From assembly GCF_006345805.1 (NCBI RefSeq), contig NC_043009.1:61380001-61444000 (forward strand): DNA of 64,000 nt, written 5' to 3'. The translations under genes and the position numbers were made by a program. Shown one piece after another: positions 54,297 through 61,962 of this stretch. Each line of letters starts with the position of its first letter. Position 1 is the first letter of the stretch. Source of the DNA: Octopus sinensis (Eukaryota). The notes under the pieces are model-generated. The model made no database searches. It was not told the origin of the DNA and saw nothing but the letters and a program-made list of their open reading frames with translations.

Positions 54297-56870
54297 GTAA
54301 TAATAGTAATAATAATAACAATAATAATAATAATAACAACAATAATAATAATAATAATAACAACAATAACAACAATAATAATAATAATAATAATAATAAC
54401 AACAATAACAACAATAATAATAATAATAATAATAATAACAATAAAAACAACAACAACAACAACAATAATAATAATAGTAATAATAATAATGATGAAGTAC
54501 TTGACCTGAAGAAAATTCTAACTGGGCGTCACCTGCAATTTTGATATGAGATCACCATGTTGCGCACATACAGTTGTGATGCATGTGCCTGGTGTACCCT
54601 TATCAGAAAAGTAGCCATGACGGGTATACTGGCCTGCGTATATTTTACCCCAGTGTCACTTTGATGGCATGCACTGCTCTCTCACTCAATAATAATAATA
54701 ACAATAATAATAATAATAATAATACCTTCCCAGGATGGAATATCTTCAGTCTCATTAAACTCTTCAATGCGATCATGGTGAGAAGTTGTATTAAATATAG
54801 ATCTGGAAAATCAGTAAATAGAGCAAATGTTTCAAGAACATAGTTTTGTGTTTTTCATTTTAGTTTATGTACGTATATGTGTATGTATAACCTTGTCTGG
54901 ACATCATATGGTGGCTGTAAATGAGCCTCATCTGGAAACAAGTGAAGTTGTTCGTTTCCACTGTTTGCTGAAAAACATATCTATTTATGGGAAAATATTA
55001 CCTTGTTTGGAAGCATGTATAGGTCGGTAAGAGGAAGGGTATCTGGCGGTAGAAAATCCAACACCTGCACAAGCTATATTACTTTTTTTATTTCTTTATT
55101 GCCCACAAGGGGCTAAACATAGAGGGGACAAACAAGGACAGACAAAGGGATTAAGTTGATTACATCGACCCCAGTGCATAACTGGTACTTAATTTATCGA
55201 CCCCGAAAGGATGAAAGGCAAAGTCGACCTCGGCAGAATTTGAACTCAGAATGTAGCAACAGACGAAATACTGCTAAGCATTTTGCCCGGCGCGCTAACG
55301 TTTCTGCCAGCACACACAAGCTATATTACATTTGCTTCTCCGTGCTGAAGAAGTCATTAGTTTGCAATTCTCCAGCTGGATAAATTCTTGCCCATCATCA
55401 TGTACAATCCAATGAACTGCTACTGCTAAGATGTTCACGCTAACACCATGAAACATTTTTGCAAGTTCTAAACGTTTATATTCTGACCCAAATGGTACAG
55501 ACATCAATTGTTCCCATGTGTAGAGGTCCTTTGGCTCTCTTGCCAATCACCCAGGTTTATCTTTGTTTATCTTTGCCATCAAATACATCTCTTCCTGTCA
55601 AGTTTGAGCATGCAGCATCATCAGTACCATAAACTTCCTTTCCACATTCTGCATTGACAACAAGAAGTTGAATAGGGGCTTGAACCCTAGTGCATCATGA
55701 TAATTTTGTCATTCAGGACTTCCATCAGCTGACACTGACAGGGGTCGCATACTCCTCCTGCAGATTGTGGTTTCTCATTAACCAAGACATATCCCTTTGT
55801 AGAAGACTAGAAAGGAACAATGCAATGAAGGGGAATTTCAACTGTATTTCGTGGTCTGCTACCACAACAGCTACTTTATAGGATCCAGTTAGCTCAAGAC
55901 ATCATCAGGAGGAACCACGTCCAGTTTCGGCCCCTACTCCTCTACCATTTTGACATGGCAGCCCCCCCCCTTTCGGAGGTGTCTTCAGTTCTGGTGTTGA
56001 GTGCATGTCTTCTTTCTTCTTTCTTCTGTTCCCTGGCCTCTTTGATGTAGGGTCAACGAGTGTCAGCAGGCGACGGATTGTCTTGTCAAATTTCCCTTTA
56101 AATAAATGTAGAGTTTTCAAAGCTTGCACCAGCTCCCTACCAGTCCCCATAATATAAAACTGGGGTATTTGTCTTTGACGTTTACTCCTCTATGTAAGCA
56201 TAATGTAACCCTGCTAGGATGGTTTCTGGGGCCTATTCCTTGCCAAAGAACAACTCATATTTGGTCCAGTGCCACTTATTCAAAGTATATTCACAACTAA
56301 CCTTCATATCTGAGAGTCATTCCCCTATCCACCACCTGGGAACCTAGTGGACATGAGAATATCAAAGAATATAAAAATACAAAGTGTAAGAGAATATATA
56401 CACATGAATGATACATACGTATCTACATACTCTTGAATGGTCATTGACTCTGATGAATTCCTCTGTCCTTTAATGGGTTTAGTTGTTTTTTTGTCCCATG
56501 GGGGGGTCCAAAAATCACCTGCCTCATCTAACAAGTTTCAAGAGGTCGCTAATTTAGTCGTCATCAGCCTGACCATGCAAGAGATTGTACTGGGTTACAT
56601 GTTACAGTACTGCTCAAGAGCAACCTGACATTTGATTTTGATTGCTGATATGGTATACCAGTGATGATAATTATGAAGATGGTGTAAGATGATCCAGGAA
56701 TGAGAGGGAAGTGAATACCCTTAATTAACAAACTTCAGTAAGTGTCAATGTGACTGAGAATGATGACTTACCTTGAAAAAGGACCGCCACTCACATTTGA
56801 AGACGCTGTTACCCCAGGTGCACTCTCAGGAGGCTGGGAAAAAAAGACGTACAGTTGTATATGCAAAGTT

Positions 56871-56904
<34 letters not shown>

Positions 56905-58110
56905 GGCACATGGCTCTGTGCTTATGGTGTTGCGCTCACAATTGCTACATCATGTGTTCAATTCCCAGATTGGGCAGCACATTGTGTTCTTGAGCAAAAC
57001 ACTTCATTTCACATTGGTCCTGTCCACTAAGCTCTGTGACAGAATAGCCTTCTGATCAGGGGGAATGTTGGCCTGCTCACCTAACCAGCAGGGTGGCATC
57101 ATTCAAAAGCTAAAGCAATGCAAAGTGCATTGTGACCAGTGATGTATAACAACATCCAATAGTTTAATCAATACTGTGATATGCATGAGTGTGTAGGTAT
57201 ATATATATGCGTATGTGTATATATATATGTTAGTTAATTAATCCTGATTTACCTCCCAGTATTTCAAGTGTTTCTATGCAACATAAATTACAGTTACTCC
57301 CAACTCCTTTATATGGAAGTGCAGGTTCATATAATGGTCCTTGAAATATAGCAAGCTGGCTGAATCATCGGCACTTCAAGCAAAATGCTTAGCAGCATTT
57401 CCTCCATCTTTACATACTGCACTCAAATTCCACCAACATCCACATTGTCTTTCATCCTTTCAGGGTCGATAAAATAAGTACCAGTTGAGTACTGAGTTTG
57501 ATGTAATCGACACACCCCCTCCTCTGAAATTGCTGGACTTGTGTCAAAATTTGAAACCAATATTCCTATCTTTCAACTCCCAGATGAATTTTGCTAAAGA
57601 TGTATTAGGTTATTTTTTTCCTATCATCAAAAGAATTTAAGTGGTTACTCAACCCACCTGTCATGATTGTGCTTCTCAATATCAGTATGAATTTATACAT
57701 GATATAGCTTAACCAAGAATAATTCCTGCTTCTTAGATTTGACTTGGCAGTAGCTTACCAACAATCTACACAACTTAAACATACACAAGTTGTTGTTTTA
57801 CCCCACCTCAACCTTGTTAGAACAACCCTAGCATCAAAAGCATCCCAGTGGTGGCATATGGGTCTTTCTGTGCATTAATGACTTTGTTATCCAATGTACA
57901 CACATACATACTTACACACACGCATGCGTACAAAAATGCTGATGTTTCCACACTGTGTAAGACAAGTAAACAGCTCAGGTAGAATTAACAAACAGCAAGA
58001 ATATTAACAAAGTAATTACTTACAGTTACACCTTCAATTTCAATTAGATTACTTCGTTTTCCTAACGACAGTGGTACAGGGGTTACATCAACGTTGTTTT
58101 CATTAAACAC
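1..58110 (-). CDS. DNAI4: Multi-exon gene, axonemal dynein intermediate chain DNAI4/WDR78 (IC138-like WD40 protein); 21 exons, 705 codons in window, runs off the left edge, 5' end unresolved
   Basis: Spliced exons give colinear peptides matching recalled WDR78 motifs: [149 protein letters not shown]. All 20 introns are GT-AG with matching phases. Confidence 0.93.
1490..1800. repeat. Compound (TG)n/(TC)n microsatellite
   Basis: Direct inspection. Confidence 0.97.
1812..1895 (-). CDS. DNAI4: DNAI4 exon [28 protein letters not shown]
   Basis: tttccag acceptor, gtaagg donor, phase 0-0; matches CLLVGDSDGQVSVYELRNMP. Confidence 0.95.
1960..2920. repeat. Compound (CAC/CAT/CAA)n minisatellite of about 1 kb (unit about ccaccaccatcatccc)
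   Basis: Direct inspection; fills nearly the whole intron 1896-2941. Confidence 0.95.
2942..3026 (-). CDS. DNAI4: DNAI4 exon [28 protein letters not shown]
   Basis: ttttcag acceptor, gtatgc donor, phase 2-0; matches LDPLI...FAKQTD. Confidence 0.9.
3975..4164 (-). mobile_element. Probable Helitron-like 5' fragment
   Basis: atcttactataat..gtctgtctg..cacgctcaaatggctgaaccaat resembles the 5' ends of non-autonomous Helitrons. Confidence 0.4.
4881..4978 (-). CDS. DNAI4: DNAI4 exon [32 protein letters not shown](I)
   Basis: cattacag acceptor, gtaagt donor, phase 0-2; WD repeat VYDVAWSP..IFA...VEIWDL. Confidence 0.95.
6688..7250 (+). mobile_element. CR1-clade LINE, 5'-truncated 3' end
   Basis: ORF 6687-7091 has [35 protein letters not shown], typical of the CR1 RT C-terminus; followed by a 3' UTR and short cattata tail. 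Confidence 0.9.
9042..9170 (-). CDS. DNAI4: DNAI4 exon [43 protein letters not shown]
   Basis: attccag acceptor, gtaagt donor, phase 0-0; WD repeat PVY..W.PF..DVFLS..DW. Confidence 0.95.
9280..10550. mobile_element. Cluster of three RTE-LINE 3' UTR copies (+ 9280-9800, - 9900-10195, + 10196-10550)
   Basis: Each has the diagnostic core and a (gat)n/(cat)n tail. Confidence 0.85.
10693..10780 (-). CDS. DNAI4: DNAI4 exon [29 protein letters not shown]
   Basis: tttccag acceptor, gtaagt donor, phase 2-0; near identity to [22 protein letters not shown]. Confidence 0.96.
11660..11792 (-). CDS. DNAI4: DNAI4 exon (D)[43 protein letters not shown](I)
   Basis: tttttcag acceptor, gtaagt donor, phase 1-2; matches DLMRLKR...ISRQAPGMCFAFHP. 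Confidence 0.92.
13555..13930 (+). mobile_element. tRNA-derived SINE family D; copy at 42530-42862(-); related head with a V-domain-like body at 8504-8800(+); related element at 33158-33404(-)
   Basis: A box tggcccagtgg, B box ggtttcgattcc; gactggcgtcctgtccag in the 8504 copy. Confidence 0.85.
14644..14801 (-). CDS. DNAI4: DNAI4 exon [52 protein letters not shown]
   Basis: ttttcag acceptor, gtaggt donor, phase 2-1; matches WIEQDRG..EILVSISADGRISKWVIRKGLDC. Confidence 0.94.
15406..15635 (+). mobile_element. tRNA-derived SINE family B (central gcctttcatcctttcggggtcgataaa..agtaccag, resembling the Meta/Sauria-type domain); about 20 copies, e.g. 560-960(-), 4255-4855(-, three copies), 5985-6225(-), 39025-39440(+, two), 51500-52185(+, three), 55085-55310(-)
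   Basis: A box tggcagaaacg, B box gagttcaaattcc; highly repeated in both orientations. Confidence 0.88.
16803..16876 (-). CDS. DNAI4: DNAI4 exon [24 protein letters not shown](F)
   Basis: tttccag acceptor, gtaaga donor, phase 0-2; matches VGYHNGTIAIYNV..PVLDS. Confidence 0.92.
16940..17500. repeat. Degenerate TG/TA simple-repeat block
   Basis: Direct inspection. Confidence 0.92.
18270..18555. repeat. (TA)n/(TG)n/(CATA)n block containing a direct duplication of about 115 bp
   Basis: atacatacatacatacagatatatgtatctatgtatg occurs at about 18310 and 18430. Confidence 0.9.
19260..19527. repeat. (TA)n microsatellite
   Basis: Direct inspection. Confidence 0.97.
20790..21065 (-). mobile_element. 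Short CR1-like LINE 3' fragment
   Basis: Matches the reverse complement of 6990-7240 (cagtgctcaggtgcaccac, ccttcaaaacttccatgct). Confidence 0.8.
21889..21966 (-). CDS. DNAI4: DNAI4 exon [26 protein letters not shown]
   Basis: gtttcag acceptor, gtaggt donor, phase 0-0; WD repeat GVTAVDFS..PNLLA. Confidence 0.94.
22869..22955 (-). CDS. DNAI4: DNAI4 exon [29 protein letters not shown]
   Basis: tttcaaag acceptor, gtaagg donor, phase 0-0; strong match to DLLAVGYGHFGFKEQKRGLACCWSIKNP. Confidence 0.95.
23480..23691. mobile_element. AT-rich hairpin MITE-like element (arms of about 90 bp)
   Basis: aaaattatataaagaaaatatcaccagttttgatgatgaatc... is inverted in ...gattcatcatcaaaactggtaatatttctttaatataatttt. 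Confidence 0.7.
24123..24259 (-). CDS. DNAI4: DNAI4 exon [45 protein letters not shown]
   Basis: gctag acceptor, gtgagt donor, phase 1-0; matches NLERLWSFSCDLTKGLNVSSLAWN. Confidence 0.93.
24372..24939 (+). mobile_element. Internally deleted mariner transposon
   Basis: TIRs cattgggttgtccagaaagtttgtgccg / ttggcacaaactttctggacaacccaatg; [18 protein letters not shown] fused to [21 protein letters not shown]. Confidence 0.92.
25070..25430 (-). mobile_element. RTE-LINE 3' end copy including a degenerate ORF end
   Basis: Minus strand reads [26 protein letters not shown], followed by the shared UTR and (gat)n. Confidence 0.75.
25710..26185 (+). mobile_element. RTE-LINE 3' UTR copy
   Basis: Modules plus ggaagggcatccagctgtagaaac and (gat)n tail. 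Confidence 0.85.
27590..27972. repeat. Polypurine (GGA/GAA/GCA)n tract
   Basis: Direct inspection; almost no T on the + strand. Confidence 0.95.
27997..28099 (-). CDS. DNAI4: DNAI4 exon [34 protein letters not shown]
   Basis: gtttcag acceptor, gtgagt donor, phase 0-1; matches DLFFMERVLMENIFQPKLAAYRQLP. Confidence 0.92.
28340..28742 (+). mobile_element. RTE-LINE 3' UTR copy
   Basis: Tandem gccagcctcgcctggcccccgtgccggtggca modules and (gat)n tail. Confidence 0.85.
29400..30015 (-). mobile_element. RTE-clade LINE RT C-terminal fragment
   Basis: [30 protein letters not shown] motif. Confidence 0.88.
31330..32400 (-). mobile_element. RTE-clade LINE fragment split in two (32236-32400 and 31330-31579) by a later insertion
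   Basis: The halves rejoin in frame: [22 protein letters not shown]|[22 protein letters not shown]. Confidence 0.85.
32700..33115 (+). mobile_element. tRNA-derived SINE family A with a central (TA)n(TG)n; other copies at about 150-550(-), 1010-1300(+), 1300-1480(-), 7480-7895(-), 12838-13195(+), 18558-19030(+), 26385-26770(+), 26805-27205(+), 29085-29400(-), 35130-35430(-), 40940-41345(-)
   Basis: Head tggctgtgtggtaag (A box) ... ggttccggttTcagtccc (B box); conserved body; tail aagtaaaaga. Confidence 0.9.
33428..33558 (-). CDS. DNAI4: DNAI4 exon (G)[43 protein letters not shown]
   Basis: tttctcag acceptor, gtaagt donor, phase 1-0; ends in DVILQ, equivalent to DAILK before the next conserved exon. 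Confidence 0.8.
34745..35120 (-). mobile_element. RTE-LINE 3' UTR copy; further copies near 5060-5365, 14985-15165, 15330-15780, 19527-19720, 46263-46625, 50738-50893, 53428-53695, 58640-58850, 59270-59535, 61625-61825
   Basis: (cat)n-cgtttagcgtccactttccatgctagcatgggttggacgg signature. Confidence 0.85.
37104..37251. mobile_element. Small hAT-like MITE
   Basis: caggtatgggaaac / gtttgcccataactg termini; partial 8-bp TSD ctttaaag/acataaag. Confidence 0.5.
37835..38065. mobile_element. piggyBac-type MITE (TTAA-CCCTTTAG...CTAAAGGG-TTAA); other copies at about 7903-8123, 53298-53798 (with an RTE UTR insert) and 58219-58447
   Basis: TTAA target site duplication, CCC/GGG termini, conserved internal sequence in four copies. 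Confidence 0.85.
39503..39625 (-). CDS. DNAI4: DNAI4 exon [40 protein letters not shown] (poorly conserved linker)
   Basis: ttccag acceptor, gtaaag donor; open frame and phase 1-1 fit the neighbours. Confidence 0.72.
40070..40480. repeat. (TATG)n tetranucleotide satellite
   Basis: Direct inspection. Confidence 0.97.
40480..40869. mobile_element. PIF/Harbinger-like hairpin MITE
   Basis: GGGCAAAA...TTTTGCCC termini, TAT/TAA flanks, almost the whole 390 bp is self-complementary. Confidence 0.7.
41385..41935 (-). mobile_element. Second copy of the same CR1-like LINE 3' end
   Basis: Reverse complement closely matches 6690-7240; [22 protein letters not shown]. Confidence 0.88.
43125..43520 (-). 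mobile_element. Non-autonomous Helitron
   Basis: On the minus strand it starts TCcttatatataaaa and ends with the hairpin cccgagcaacgctggg followed by CTAG|t. Confidence 0.75.
43536..43602 (-). CDS. DNAI4: DNAI4 exon [22 protein letters not shown]
   Basis: cattgcag acceptor, gtaagt donor, phase 0-1; matches the AWDLYDSY motif. Confidence 0.88.
43688..44361 (+). mobile_element. RTE LINE 3' end: last ORF codons plus a long modular 3' UTR and (GAT)n tail
   Basis: [28 protein letters not shown] (stop 43772-43774) resembles an RTE C-terminus; followed by TGGCACGTAAAAAGCACC modules, ggaagggcatccagc and (gat)n; internal tandem duplication of about 98 bp at 43849-44040. Confidence 0.8.
44815..45150. 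mobile_element. MITE with TGT...ACA termini, TIRs of about 107 bp and a 5-bp TSD (ATAAG); Ginger/TDD-like
   Basis: Near-perfect inverted repeats 44815-44922 and 45044-45150; ATAAG on both sides. Confidence 0.75.
45480..46090. repeat. Cryptic degenerate array of a CATGTACCCT-like motif
   Basis: More than 15 variants (catgtaccct, catataccct, catgtacctt, tatgtaccc, cgtgtaccct) at irregular 20-40 nt spacing. Confidence 0.75.
46912..47832 (+). mobile_element. Tc1/mariner-superfamily relic with DD41D spacing (rosa-like)
   Basis: TIRs cagggtgtccataaagt / actttatggacaccctg, TA duplication at 46910-46911 and 47833-47834; [29 protein letters not shown] with 41 residues between the catalytic Ds; in-frame stops. 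Confidence 0.9.
48011..48118 (-). CDS. DNAI4: DNAI4 exon [36 protein letters not shown]
   Basis: tttcag acceptor, gttagt donor, phase 0-0; matches NRLGNDLYVERMMQTFN. Confidence 0.9.
48366..48712 (-). mobile_element. Non-tRNA retroposon-like element ending in an (AAT)n tail; partial copy at 54498-54722 (+)
   Basis: Two copies share gaagaaaattctaactggg...gatggcatgcactg..ctcactc-aataat. Confidence 0.7.
49156..49367. mobile_element. Second piggyBac-type MITE family; another copy at 46821-47973 hosts the DD41D element
   Basis: ttaaccctttc...gaaagggttaa termini; internal match to the flanks of the 46912-47832 insertion. Confidence 0.8.
49418..49596 (-). CDS. DNAI4: DNAI4 exon [59 protein letters not shown]
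   Basis: tttacag acceptor, gtaaag donor, phase 1-0; aligns to WDR78 EDLEKNIEIILTETET...EEAEKVTQRNKNYE. Confidence 0.88.
49943..51493. mobile_element. Foldback-like element with long interrupted inverted arms and an internal cruciform
   Basis: 49943-49975 pairs with 51461-51493; 50085-50157 with 51371-51440; 50361-50513 with 51166-51368; 53-bp hairpin at 49964-50081. Confidence 0.8.
52699..53074 (+). mobile_element. Helentron/DINE-1-like non-autonomous element (HINE)
   Basis: AACAAG start, internal (CAGA/CAAA)n, perfect 11-bp terminal stem-loop acctccacctt-tgct-aaggtggaggt at 53046-53071. Confidence 0.7.
54250..54495. repeat. (AAT/AAC)n microsatellite
   Basis: Direct inspection. Confidence 0.97.
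54726..54802 (-). CDS. DNAI4: DNAI4 exon (R)[25 protein letters not shown](V)
   Basis: ttttccag acceptor, gtatta donor; phase 2-1 fits both neighbours and completes GPFSR|SIF. Confidence 0.78.
56772..56833 (-). CDS. DNAI4: DNAI4 exon [20 protein letters not shown](R)
   Basis: tttcccag acceptor, gtaagt donor, phase 0-2; corresponds to the WDR78 GQFTR motif. Confidence 0.8.
58024..58110 (-). CDS. DNAI4: DNAI4 exon [29 protein letters not shown]
   Basis: ttgcag acceptor, gtaagt donor, phase 0-0; matches the WDR78 VFDxxGxDVTPxPL motif. Confidence 0.85.
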
Positions 58111-59740
58111 CTGCAATGTAAATAACAAAGATTAAAAGAAGTTCACTAAGGTAGCCTACTCAAGCAAAATAACTTACCTGTTAAAATGGCCACTACTTTG
58201 CTCCAGTGTAAACTTCTCTTAACCCATTAGCATTTAAACCGGCCATATCCGGCCAAAATATTCTCCCCAGTTTTAAGTTCAAATTGGCCAGATCTGGCCT
58301 CTCACACCAGCCCTACAATATAATTCTAAAAATGAATAGCTACTTCATCAAAATCTCAAAGCTACAAGATAATGCAGGACTAATTGAAAACAATGTGAAT
58401 AAATAAGCATTACTTTTGATAGAATAACGTGAATACTAAAGGGTTAATTGAAAAAGATTTAACATGAGTAGCTTATGTTTGCAAAGACAGACACCTAATC
58501 ATGTAAAACCTTATCCAATTTGATGAAGTATGCACTGGAACAGACCAGCAGCCAATTTAACAGGTAAGCTATTTTCCATCAGTGGGCTCTCTGAGAAAAG
58601 ATTTACAATTTTTGGACGAAAGCATTGAATATATTATCATCTTTGTCATCGTCCTTTAACATCCCTTTTTCCGTACTGGCATGGGCTGGACAGTTCAACA
58701 TGAACAGATAAGCCAGAGGACTGTGCCAAGCTCCAATATCTGCTTTGACATGACTTCTACAGCTGCATGCTCTTCCTGATGCCAACCATTTCACACTTCA
58801 GAGTGTACCAGGTGCATTGTTCATGGCACCAGCACTAGTGAGGTCACCCACATGCCTGCAGGACAAGATCTGTCGACTGAGGGATATGAAAGCATAATAG
58901 AAGGACAGGAGCAAGTGACTTGCTGAAGAGGTGAATACATGGCTTGCCCACCTGGAAAAAGAAGGAGAGATGAGAGATCAAGGTATAAGGTGAATATGAG
59001 AAACAGAAATAGAATAAAAGAAAAGAAAAGAAGGAAGAATAAGTGTGCTGCAGTGTAAACAGTGTGAAAGGTGGTTAGAGGGGGAGACAGATAAACAGAA
59101 AGATAGATATATTATATTACATATTTGATATTTGTTGTATGTATTACACATTATATAAATTGTTTACCATATGTCACCTGCTTCTGATCTCTCTCTCTCT
59201 CCTTTTTTTGCTCTTCCCTCTGGTTAGGTAACTAAGTATCTCCTTTACAACACCACACCTGTTTCTGTCCTCTTTCTTGTGAAGTGGTTGGCATTTGGAA
59301 AGACATCCAGCTGTTAAAACCATGCCAAAGCTGACCTCGTTTGTGCTGGTGCTACATAAAAAGCACTCAGTACTGTCTGCAGGATGGTTGGCATTAGGAA
59401 AGGCATCCAGCCATAAAAACCATGCCAAAACAGACACAGAAGCCTGGTGTAGTCTTCTACCATGCTGGTTCATATCAAACCATCCAACCCATGGAAGAAA
59501 GATGATAAACAATGATAATGATAATAATGATGATGTTTTCTCTTAGAAAACATATATCTTACACAGGTGAATCATGTGAGTTATGAACATCCATCATCTA
59601 AAAGGAGGAAGCATTCTCTGGTGATGTAAAACAACAATGATCAGATATTCACATTTAAATCTGTCAGGACACATTAAGAATGAATAGATAAGTTATTTAT
59701 TGAATATTCACCATTCTGTGTGCACCCCATGAATTATTAC

Positions 59741-59786
59741 CTGCTTCACAGACAGAAGCATCAACAAATCATTTGTTTGGTGATTC
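59741..59786 (-). CDS. Tentative upstream DNAI4 exon (R)NHQTNDLLMLLSVKQ
   Basis: tttgtttatag acceptor and CAG|gtaata donor; phase 0 fits the VFNEN exon and ends in Q like human TTQ|VFD; no strong sequence conservation. Confidence 0.3.
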
Positions 59787-59924
59787 CTATAAACAAAAGC
59801 TCATGCTCTTCTTAGTTTCATCAGTCAAGAGGAGTAGTTTTGATTGAAGAGACGCACAAGCTCAAAACACCACAGTATCTCATAGACACCTTAAACCAAT
59901 GAATTGCATGTGTTCATGGCCTGT

Positions 59925-60385
59925 GCCAGGGGTGTAACCAGCCCACTTATGCATACCTTTCCTTCATTGGACACTAAACTCTGCTTGTGAAAACCTGTTG
60001 AGGCAAGTGCAATCGAAATCGAAATCAAATTCAATGACTGGCATCCGTTCTAGTGGAGTGCTAAGAGCACCATCCGAGCGGGATCACTGCCAGAGCAGCT
60101 AACTGGCTTCTGTGCCAGTGGCACGTAAAAAGCACTATTCGAGCATGATCGTTACCCACGTCACCTTACTGGCACATGAAAAAACATTCGAGCGAGGTCA
60201 TTGCCAGTGCAACTGGACTGGCTCCTGTGCAGGTGGCACGTAAAAAACACCATTTGTGCGTGGTCGTTGCCAGTACCGCCTGACTGGCCCTCATGTCGGT
60301 GGCATGTAAAAGCACCCACTACACTCTCGGAGTGGTTGGCGTTAGGAAGGGCATCAAGCTGTAGAAACGATGATGATGATGATGA
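59925..60385 (+). mobile_element. RTE-LINE 3' UTR copy with five tandem modules
   Basis: Same family as 43775-44361. Confidence 0.85.
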
Positions 60386-60559
60386 AGAAAGCACACTGTC
60401 AATAAGATGGAGAGGTTCTCTGATGATGAAAAACGACAGTGGACAGATATCTGCATTTGAATCCACCAGAATATATTACGAATGAATAGATACATTATTG
60501 TGTGCATATGCGTGTATGCGTATATGTGTGTGTATACACACACACTATATATATATATA

Positions 60560-61384
60560 CAGGGTGTGGGGAATAAACTGTCATCTAAGTTACGCAAAAA
60601 TGAAAATAACACTGACATCTCATTTTAGCAGATATATTTACTAAAATTACATAAAAATATCTTGAAATACTAAAGAGTAAATTTATTCAATAAAATCGCC
60701 ATTGGCTTCAAACACGAACTCCAGACAACTTTGGAATCTCCTGCAACTCTTCTGGATGGTCTTCTTGTTTAAGTTGGTGAATGCTGCCATAATCCTTACC
60801 TTCAGTTCATGTTACAAGGAGTTTTGTTGGTCACTTGCTAAACTGCGCCCCACACATAATAACCAAGGGAGTTGCAGTCTAGGCAGTTATGTGGCCAGAT
60901 GTTAAGAGCGATGTGGTTACAGAAATTGTCTGACAGCCATGACTGGGTTCTCTTGCTTGTGTGGCATGGTGCAGAGTCCTGTTGCCAGACACAGGGTCTT
61001 CCAGCAGCCACCCTCTTGAGCCAGGGCATTACTACCTCCTCCAGGCACTTGATGTAGGCCTCTGTATTGAGTCTAAGGCCATGTGGGAAGATGAATGGAG
61101 GCATAACATTGCCATCACTAATGATCACTCCAAACACCATGATGTTGACTGGATGTTTGATTTTTATCACTCTTGGTATATATTCTCAGATTGCACTGAA
61201 TGCCAAACAGTACAGCATGTCAATTCCAAATTTCTGGCTGAGTGAATTGTGTCATGGTACTGTTTTACTCACAGATGGTGCCCAACTGACCCTACTATAC
61301 TGTGTAGTCAACAAAATCAAAAACAAACAGTGCACATGCATGAAATATAAAATATAAAATGGCGACAATTTACCCATCACACCC

Positions 61385-61386
<2 letters not shown>
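60560..61386 (-). mobile_element. Tc1/mariner-superfamily relic with DD37D spacing (maT-like), inserted in (TA)n
   Basis: TIRs cagggtgtg / cacaccctg; KHPVNIMVFGVI..WQQDSAPCHTS..DCNSLGYYVWG (third D mutated to G). Confidence 0.88.
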
Positions 61387-61622
<236 letters not shown>

Positions 61623-61824
61623 GTGCAGGTGGCACCAGTGGCACGTAAAAAGCACCCACTATACTCACGGAGTGGTTGGCGTTAGGAAGGGCATCCAGCT
61701 GTAGAAACATTGCCGGATAAGACCGGAGCCTCGTGCAGCCTTCTGGCTTCCCAGATCCCCGGTCGAACCGTCCAACCCATGCTAGCATGGAGAACGGACG
61801 TTAAACGATGATGATGATGATGAT

Positions 61825-61862
<38 letters not shown>

Positions 61863-61923
61863 CACACACACGCTATATATATATACACACATACATATAC
61901 ACACTATATATATACATACACAC

Positions 61924-61962
<39 letters not shown>

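Noticed and set aside
55800-55940. Possible hammerhead ribozyme (GAAAC and CTGATGA on the minus strand)
   Set aside because: I could not form stems I-III around the core motifs.
58178-58220. CAG|gtaagt donor 67 nt upstream of exon 58110
   Set aside because: An in-frame TAA immediately precedes the donor, and the upstream sequence is a piggyBac MITE.
59925-60385. Constant-core plus variable-spacer modules resembling a CRISPR array
   Set aside because: The DNA is eukaryotic, the spacers are homologous to one another, the array is part of a high-copy retroelement UTR, and there are no cas genes.
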